Position numbers and translations under genes: made by a program
Shown here: positions 55,158 to 64,000 of the stretch, piece after piece
Layout of the letters: every line of letters begins with the position of its first letter
Position numbering within the stretch: position 1 is the first letter of the stretch
Notes under the pieces: generated by a model
What the model was told of the DNA's origin: nothing
Databases searched by the model: none
Seen by the model: the letters and a program-made list of their open reading frames with translations, nothing else
Origin: Octopus vulgaris
Lineage: Eukaryota
Direction of reading: 5' to 3'
Assembly: GCA_951406725.2 (NCBI GenBank)
Contig: OX597821.1
Coordinates: forward strand, 116,622,001-116,686,000
DNA length: 64,000 nt

Positions 55158-55366
55158 CCCTTTTGTTACCATATTTCTAATGAGATGCTCTGTGTTTCTT
55201 ACAATTAATTTTAGATATAACAAAGAGTTTAGTAAAATAACTAAGTTATCATTAAGCAAGTGTTAGGAACATAAATTGGTGGAAGATTATAATTCAGAAC
55301 TTTTGAAAACAAGACATTTGTATTACAGAGCCAGAGGTGGTTTCAGGCAGGTTGGTATGGAAAGGA
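55158..55366. mobile_element. piggyBac-like MITE (same family as 26910)
   Basis: TTAA flanks and shared internal sequence. Further copies at 55424-55483 plus 57459-57579 (split by an RTE) and about 57613-57830. Confidence 0.8.
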
Positions 55367-55483
55367 TTAATACAGGTAAAATATGGTAACAATATTACCA
55401 TATTTAATACAGAGAGTATTAAAATGTTACCATATTACCAAAATTCTGTTGAGATGCTCTGTGTTTCTTTCAATTAATTTTAA

Positions 55484-57458
55484 ATCATCATCATCATCAT
55501 CATCATCGTTTAACGTCCGCTTTCCATGCTAGCATGGGTTGGACGGTTCAACTGGGGTCTGGGAAGCCCGAAGGCTGCACCAGGCCAGTCAGATGTGGCA
55601 GTGTTTCTACAGCTGGATGCCCTTCCTAACGCCAACCACTCCGAGAGTGTAGTGGGTGATTTTATGTGCCACCGACACAGGTGCCAGACGAGGCTGGCAG
55701 ACGGCCACGCTCGGATGGTGTTTTTTATGTGCCACCGACACAGGTGCCAGACGAGGCTGGCAGACGGCCACGCTTGGATGGTGTTTTCTTATGTGTCACC
55801 GACACAGGTGCCAGACGAGGCTGGCGGACGGCCACGCTCGGATGGTGTTTGTTACGTGCCCTCAGCACGGAGGCCAGTCATTGCGGTACTGGCTACGGTC
55901 ACGTTCGGATGGTTTTCTTATGTGCCACCGGCACTGGTACCACAAGGATACAAATTCCATTGATGTTCATCTATTTTGATTTGGTTCGATTTGATTCGAT
56001 ACTCACTTGCCTCAACAGGTCTTCACAAGTGTCACAAGAAGGAAGGTATGCACAGGTGGACTGACTACGTCCCAGGTAGGGGCCACGGATTATAGCTTTA
56101 CTAGTCTTGCCGGGTCTTCTCACGCACAGCATACTTCCATAGGTCTCGGTCTCTAGTCATTTCCATGGTGAGACCTAACGTCCGAAGGTCGTGCTTCACC
56201 ACCTCGTCCCAGGTTTTCCTGGGTCTACCTCTTCCACGGGTTCCCTCAACTGCTAGGGATTGGCACTTTCTCACACACCTATCTTCATCCATTCTCGCCA
56301 CATGACCATACCAGCGCAATCGTCTCTCTTGCACACAACAACTGATGCTTCTTAGGTACAACATTTCTCTCAAGGTACTAACGCTCTGTCGAGTAAGTAC
56401 ACTGACATTACACATCCATCGGAGCATACTGGCTTCGTTCCTCACGAGCTTACGCATGTCCTCAGCAGTCACGGCCCATGTTTCACTGCCATGTAGCATA
56501 GCTGTTCGTACACATGCATCATACAGTCTGCCTTTTACTCTGAGCGAGAGGCCTTTAGTCACCAGCAGAGGTAAGAGCTCCCTAAACTTTGCCCAGGCTA
56601 TTCTTATTCTAGCAGTTACACTTTCAGTGCACCCACCCCCACTACTGACTTGGTCACCTAGATAGCGGAAGCTATCAACTACTTCTAGTTTTTCCCCCGG
56701 AAAGTGACAGAAGTTGTTTTCTGCAGATTTTCGGAGGTCAATGCTCCAGAGCACCTGCCACATACAAAAACTATCTTCCCAGTTAGCCTACCTTTGACAT
56801 TGCTGCACCTCTTATGTGTCCATAGCTTACACTGGGTACATCTTATAGAGTTTCTACCTACACCTTTTCTACAGATCGAGCAGGGCCATCTTCCTGAGGA
56901 TATTTGTGGGTTTTCTACCTTTCTACTTATTAGTACTTTGGTTTTAGCTAGGTTGACTCTAAGGCCCCTCGATTCTAAACCCTCCTTCCACACCTGGAAC
57001 TTCTCCTCCAGTTCTGATAGTGACTCAGCGATTAAAGCGAGGTCGTCAGCATAGAGGAGCTCCCAGGGGCAACCTGTCTTGAATTCCTCCGTTATTGCCT
57101 GGAGGACTATGATAAATAGGAGGGGGCTGAGTACTGAACCCTGGTGGACCCCAACCTCTACTTTGAATTCTTCTGTGTACATGTTGCCAACTCTAACCTT
57201 ACTTACGGCATCTCTGTACATGGCTTGCACAGCCCTCACCAGCCATTCATCTATCCCTAGTTTCCTCATTGACCACCAGATGAGGGATCGGGGGACCCTA
57301 TCAAAGGCTTTCTCCATGTCAACGAAAGCCAGGTACAGGGGCTTATCCTTGGCTAGGTATTTCTCCTGCAGCTGCCTTACCAGGAATATAGCATCAGTGG
57401 TGCTTTTCCCTGGGACAAACCCAAACTGCATCTCATCTAAACTAACTCTCTCTCTAAT
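55484..57458 (-). mobile_element. RTE LINE, 5'-truncated, RT domain with one frameshift; intronic in TMEM41A
   Basis: ORFs 56685-57467 (QFGF, DMEKAFDRVP, QGSVLSPLLF, YADD) and 56101-56763 join via a frameshift near 56695. 3'UTR repeats and GAT tail. Confidence 0.96.
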
Positions 57459-58325
57459 AGTTATCATTAAGCTAGTGTTAGGAACATAAATTGTGACTAA
57501 GGTTTTAATTCAAAACTTATGACAAGACATTTGTACTATAGAGCCAGAGCTGGTTTCAGCCTGTTTGGTATCAAAAGGGTTAAGGCCTACCTTATTCTCT
57601 CTCCAACTTTAACCCTTTCGTTACTGTATTTATTTTGAGATGCTCTGTGTCTCTTTCAATTACTTTAAATATAATTTAAATATTACAAAGAATTTAGTAA
57701 AATAACTTGGTCATCATTCAGCTAATGTTAGGAACATAAATTGTGACTAAGGTTTGGTGGAAAATTTTAATTCAGAATTTATGAAAACAAGACATTTGTA
57801 CAATAAAGTCAGAGGCGGTTTCAGTCTCTGTTAATAACCGAGATTTTTTCTCGTTTTTTTTCATCTGTATGTCATGGTCCCAGGTTCAATCCCTACTGCA
57901 GGGTACCTTGGGCAAGTGTCTTCCACTATAGCCTTAGACAAATCAAAGCCTTGTGAGTGAATTTGATAGATGGAAACTGAAAGAAGCCTATTGCATGTGT
58001 GTGTGTGTGTTTGCTTGACAACTGGTGTTGGTGTGTTTACATCCCTGTAACTTAGCAGTTCAGCAAAAGAGACTGATATACTAAGTACCAGCCTTAAAAA
58101 ATTGCCTGTATTCTAATGATTAAAACAAGATAGGAAATAAGTATTTATTAAAGGTGTGTTATGTTCTAAATGAAATTACCTTTTAAATGATTGATGCAAC
58201 AAAACCCAATAATTCTATCTTTATATTAGCAACGATATATGAGGGAAAGAGAGAGAAGAGAGAGAGAGTGAGAAAGAGAGACAGGGAGAGAGAGAGGGAG
58301 AGAGAGAGAGAAAGAGAGGGTATGA

Positions 58326-58850
<525 letters not shown>

Positions 58851-58936
58851 CTAGGAACAAACAGAAATATTACATTATATTTTTAATCATGCAATGAAAA
58901 AGAGACAGGTGAAATGGAATCGATCATATATATACT

Positions 58937-58977
<41 letters not shown>

Positions 58978-59936
58978 TCATCATCATCGTCGTCGTCGTC
59001 GTCGTTGTTTAACGTCCGCTTTCCATGCTGGCATGGGTGGATGGTTTGACTGAGGACTGGTGAGCCAGAGGCTGCACCAGGCTCCAGTCTGATCTGGCAA
59101 AGTTTCTACAGCTGAATGCCCTTCCTAATGCCAACCACTCTGAGAGTGTTGTGGGTGCTTTTAAGTGTCACCAGCAAGAGGGCCAGTCAGGTGGTTCTGG
59201 CAACGACCACACTCAAAAGGCTCAAAAGGTGTTTTTTATGTGCCAGCAGCATGGGAGCCAATTTGTGGCCCTGGCAACGATCACGCTCGGATGTGCTTTT
59301 AATGTTCCACTGGTACAAGTGCCAATCAGGCAGTACTGTCATCGGCCATGTCAGCAGTTTTGATTTTGATTCCACTTGCTTCAATAGGTCTTTGCAAGCA
59401 TGTATATTTATATATACACATACATTATATATATATATATATATACTAAAAATAAAATGAGACAACAAAGCCAAGTCTGTGTGGAATTTATACGGACATT
59501 TATGAAGAGAAAGATAGTCTTAGTTTCTCTGTTTGAAGTGGTGTACAGATTTCATATATTACAATGAATTCCTGAAATGGACAAAAGCGTTAAAGAAGTA
59601 GATTTTGTCCAAATCCTGGCTACCTTCTTTTTCTCAATACACACACACACACACACACACAGATACGTAGATACGCACAAACACATGTATACATACATAC
59701 ACAGAAGTCGAGTTTTGACAATTTTCCAGCAACCAGTTTCACTCACAAGGCACAGCTCCACCTGAGGTGACAGAAGACATTTCCCCAAGGTGTTGTGCAG
59801 TAGGACTGAACCTGACACCACATGGTTGCTTAATCATTATAACTTCTTGATCATTAGTTGAACAACACTCATTAATAATCATTATTCGAGAAATAAATTT
59901 CATGCAAGATTAAATGTGAAACAGACATGAATTTAC

Positions 59937-60098
59937 CTTTTCATTCAGGTAAGAAATTCGTTTATGAAATTTTTTAATTATGTAAGGTTTTCCAAAATTT
60001 TCTGAAAGCAAATAGCAGCAAGTTGCACCACAGGCAGTCAAAAAACTTGTTGTAATAAAGCCAACTACAGTACCGAAGAGAGCGCCAGCCAACAGATT
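59937..60098 (-). CDS. TMEM41A: TMEM41A-like (DedA/VTT, SNARE-associated domain membrane protein), internal exon, 162 nt
   Basis: AG acceptor at 60100-60099 and GT donor at 59936-59935, phase 0/0. Translation NLLAGALFGTVVGFITTSFLTACGATCCYLLSENFGKPYIIKKFHKRISYLNEK closely resembles vertebrate TMEM41A as recalled (NVLAGALFG...GATCCYLLS..FGK). Confidence 0.92.
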
Positions 60099-60249
60099 CT
60101 AAAAAAGATAAAATCAAATAAAATATCAATTCTAACATAAAAATAATAAAAAAACCTGTACTACAGGACTAAATTGATTTATATCAATCATTAAAAATGC
60201 TAATCAATAACAGGGAGCAGAACCAAAATTCTAGAACTATCAGGGGAAA

Positions 60250-60741
60250 CGACAGTTCTATATTTAAGAGATGAGGAATTATTTACATTATTTACATTTG
60301 ACGGATATTTGTTCTCATCTTGTTTGTTTCAGCTGTTATACCCTTCAGCCTTCTTCAGGTACATTGGGGAAATTTCAAACCTGGGTTCCCCTCCCTAAGG
60401 TATTTTTCAATGTTATTGTTATTGGCGTTAGGAAGGGCATCCAGCTGTAGAAACATTGCCAGATTAGACTGGAGCCTGGTGCAGCCTTCTGGCTTCCCAG
60501 AACCCAGGTCGAACCGTCCAACCCATGCTAGCATGGAGAACGGACGTTAAACGACGATGATGATGACGATGATTGTTGTTGTTGTTGTCATTGTCGTTAT
60601 TATTATTATTATTATTATTACTTTTTTTTTTTCTTCTTTCAAATTTTCTTCCATTTCTTGCCGAGTGTCTTCCCGACTCCTAGGGCAAAGAAACTCATAG
60701 TGTATATTGGTAGGCCATTAAACTAAACTCAGTAGTTCGTT

Positions 60742-60772
<31 letters not shown>

Positions 60773-61202
60773 GTTAAATTAAAATACATGAGCAGCAACA
60801 GTTCTCACATCGACAATGCTCTTCTCAATACGTGTGATGTACCAGTTAAGACAATCTTTTGCACTTCTTGCAGGGATGGTAAGCCAGGGATCATTCTCAT
60901 ATAATTTTCGGTTCCCTTCTTGATCATTCCTAGTGCTCCTACGATCACTGGTATTGTAACCGCCTTGAGATGCCACATTTTCTCAATTTCAATGAGTAGG
61001 TCTTTATATTTTCTGAGCTTGTCAAACTCTTTCGCTGAGATATTATGATCACAGGGGATGCTCATGTCGATCAATAAGCAAACTTTATTGTTTTGGTCTT
61101 TCACAACAATATCTGGTTTATTGGCCTTGATGGTTCGGTCTGTATGTACTGGAAAGTCCCACAGAATGGTTACATTTTTTATTATGGTTTTTTTTATGGT
61201 TA

Positions 61203-61280
<78 letters not shown>

Positions 61281-61525
61281 CCAGGTCATGGACATATGGT
61301 GTAGTGGTTAAGAGCATGGGCTACTAACTCCAAGATTCCAAGTTCAATTCCAGGCAGTGACCTGAATAATAATAATAATGATAATAATAACATTGAAAAA
61401 ATACCTTAGGAATGATAACCCAAGTTCGAAATTTCCCCAAGACACCTGATGAAGGCTGAAGGGTATATCAGCCAAAACTGTGTTAACAAACAAGATGAGG
61501 ACAAATATCCATCAAATGTAAATAA
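60250..61525. mobile_element. Family D composite insertion: inverted truncated copy plus full copy, flanked by a 12-bp TSD; hosts nested RTE and Dong fragments
   Basis: TSD TATCAGGGGAAA at 60238-60249 and 61526-61537. Minus-strand partial copy 60252-61288 (interrupted); plus-strand full copy 61290-61525 with A box 61297-61307 and B box 61342-61351. Confidence 0.8.
60621..61204 (-). mobile_element. Dong/R4-type non-LTR retrotransposon 3' fragment (restriction-like endonuclease)
   Basis: ILWDFPVHTDRTIKANKPDIVVKD...LLIDMSIP...KLRKYKDL...PVIVGALG: PD-(D/E)xK restriction-like endonuclease motif. A-rich 3' end; (TAA)n on both sides. Confidence 0.85.
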
Positions 61526-62924
61526 TATCAGGGGAAAGTTGCCTTAATCAATATGAAGCAATGAACGAAGTGGCTGTGAACTGGTTGAATTTTTAGGATA
61601 AATTTTTTGGACAAAATGCTGCTAAGCATTTTGTCTTTCTTTATGTTCTGAGTTCAAATTTCACTGAGGTTGACTTAACCTTTTATCTTATCAGGGTCCA
61701 TAAAATAAGTACCGGTTGGGCACTGGGATTGATGTAATTAGTCTAACCCCTTCCTCGAAATTATTGGCCTTGTGCCAAAATTTGAAACCTATATGTAGGA
61801 ATGAAGTAAACAGGAACTGAAAAAAACTCTGTATTCTGTGCAAATAATGGTTTTACAAAAGAGGCAGTAAAAGCTTTTGTAGATTATGAAGGGGCATGAG
61901 ACGTTTTGGCACAGCTATTATGGCACTGCCTATCTGGCATCGGTGATTTGAAGCTGACTTATTTGACATCAACTAGTTTAATGTTTCTCTCATTCTCCCC
62001 ACTTTTCTCTCATCATCATTATCATCATCATCATCGTTTAACGTCCCTTTTCCGTGTTAGCACGGGCTGGACCTCATTTAACTGTTTTCCATGCTGGCAT
62101 GGGTTGGACAGTTTGACAGGAACTCACAAGGCGAGGGACCGAACCAAGTTCCATTGTCTGTCTTGGCATGGTTTCTACAGCTGGCTGCCATTCCTAATGC
62201 CCACCACTTTACAGTGTGTACTGGGTGGTTGTTTTACAAGGCACCATCAACAGTGCATTTTATGTGGCGCCAGCATCCTGTGAGTATATTTCATCACTCT
62301 TCAGTATTTCTTTCAATCAGCTGTTCATTTTATCAATCTCTGTTTGTTAATTCACTAGGTTATGGACACACTCTCACAAATATTATTATCATCATCATTA
62401 TCATAATCATTTAACATCTGTCCTCCATACTGGCATGGATTGAATGGTCTGATCATACCCAACAAACCATGTTGGGTTTTGGTATCAGCTTTACAGCATG
62501 GTTTCTATGGCTTGAAGCCCTTCCTCATGGCAATCACTTTACAGAGTGGACTGGGTGCTTTTTTTTTCATGGTATCATTATACATAAGGTCACTATGTGA
62601 CTCACAAGGTGTCACACCCTCAAGTGAAGGGGGTGTAGTCCAGAAGGAGGTTGCTCTATGCCAGGTGTTGACAGGTTGAAGAATAACAAGGGGATAGGAA
62701 CAAGTGTCTTGCTGTAGAGGAGATACATAGCTGTATTCTACTCCAGTTTGAAAGGGGGAAAGAGATGGTTGTGAAGGTTTCTAAGGGTATGTCCTCAAGG
62801 TATAAGAAGGTGGGTTATAAGAAAGAATAGAGACAGAGGATAGGGCAGAGTTTGAAAGGAAAGTGACAGAGATGGGGATTAGGGAGAAGACCCAATAAGT
62901 ATTTATATTTTTCATCGATATATA

Positions 62925-63708
62925 CAGGGTGCGATGGGTAAATTGCCCCCATTATATATTTTTAATTTCAGACATGCGCATTGTTTGTTTTTGATTTTCT
63001 CAATTACATAATATAGTAGGGTCAGTTGGGTACCGTCTGTGAGAAAAACAGCATCATGATGTAATTCACTCTGCCAGAAATTTGGAAACGACATGCTGTA
63101 TTGCATGGCATTCATGCCGGATTCTCCAATACGAACATTTCTGAGTGTTGGGTGTTAATCTTAGTCCCCAAAACATGTACTGAGAGTGATAAAAATCAAA
63201 CATCCAGTCAACATCATGGTGTTTGGAGTGATCACTAGTGATGGCGACGTTATGCCTCCATTCATCTTCCGACACGGCCTCAGACTCAACACAGAAGCCT
63301 ACATCAAGTGCCTGGAGGAGGTAGTGCTTCCCTGGATGAAGAGGCTGGCTGCTGGAAGACCCTATTCTGGGAACAAGCAGGAGAACCCAGTCATGGCTGT
63401 CAGAAATTTCTGCGACCTCATCACCCCTAACATCTGGCCACCTAACTCCCTTGATTATTATGTGTGGGGCATAGTTGATCAAGAGACTAATAAACCTCCT
63501 TCTAACACCAAAGATGAACTGAAGGCAAGGATTATGGCAGCATTCACCAACTTAAAAAAGACTGTCCAGAAGAGTCACAGGAGATTCCGAAATTGTCTGG
63601 AGACCGTGGCTGAAGCCAATGGCGATTTTATTGAACAAATTTACTCATAAGTATTTCTATATATTTTAATGTAATTTTGATAAATATATCGGTTAAAATG
63701 AGATGTCA
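62925..63708 (+). pseudogene. Internally deleted Tc1/mariner (maT/DD37D-like) transposon with transposase remnant
   Basis: TA|CAGGGTGCG left end. ORF 63186-63650: KHPVNIMVFGVITSDG...YIKCLEEVVLPW...WPPNSLDYYVWG. The QQDxAP segment and part of SPDxNPLD are deleted; no right TIR seen. Confidence 0.85.
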
Positions 63709-64000
63709 TTATTATTATACACAGTATGTATCGATGAAAAATTAAAATATGTATCACAATGAGAAGAATAACCAAACTTTAAATGAATATTCAAGGTGGA
63801 TAACTCTACATATAATGATATCGGAATTAGCTCCCTTGATTGTTTAAGTCTGAAATTACAAGATAAGACAATAGACGAATAATAGAATTTTATGGACATT
63901 TTATGCAAGCACAGAATCAGTTTGAAGTGATTTTGTCAGATACTAATTGATAATTAGAAAACGTGTTCAGCCTCACTCAATACGAATTAAATTATTAATA

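Noticed and set aside
63693-63908. ORF as an upstream TMEM41A exon
   Set aside because: No resemblance to the expected YLYKQxFAIPGS segment; upstream exons are presumably beyond the window.

Overview
Eukaryotic, highly repeat-rich genomic DNA. The repeat repertoire (RTE LINEs with (TGA)n tails, three tRNA-derived SINE families, dense microsatellites) looks like an Octopus/coleoid cephalopod genome; this is inferred, not tested. The only recognisable host gene is the 3' part of a TMEM41A-like gene on the minus strand (three spliced exons at 60098-59937, 58850-58712 and 54404-54226); no upstream exons were found in the window. Almost all ORFs in the supplied track are microsatellite or SINE/LINE-UTR artefacts. 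The real coding remnants are RTE reverse-transcriptase fragments, a Dong/R4-type endonuclease fragment, a Tx1-like 3' fragment and a deleted Tc1/mariner transposase. Main observations: (1) a tRNA-headed SINE-like family carrying a minimal hammerhead ribozyme motif and inserted with Penelope-type inverted 5' copies; (2) several further hammerhead motifs with palindromic stem III, one in sense orientation in the last TMEM41A intron; (3) a local inversion with a ~1 kb inverted duplication that split a SINE; (4) several long palindromes. All calls were made by eye, without database searches.
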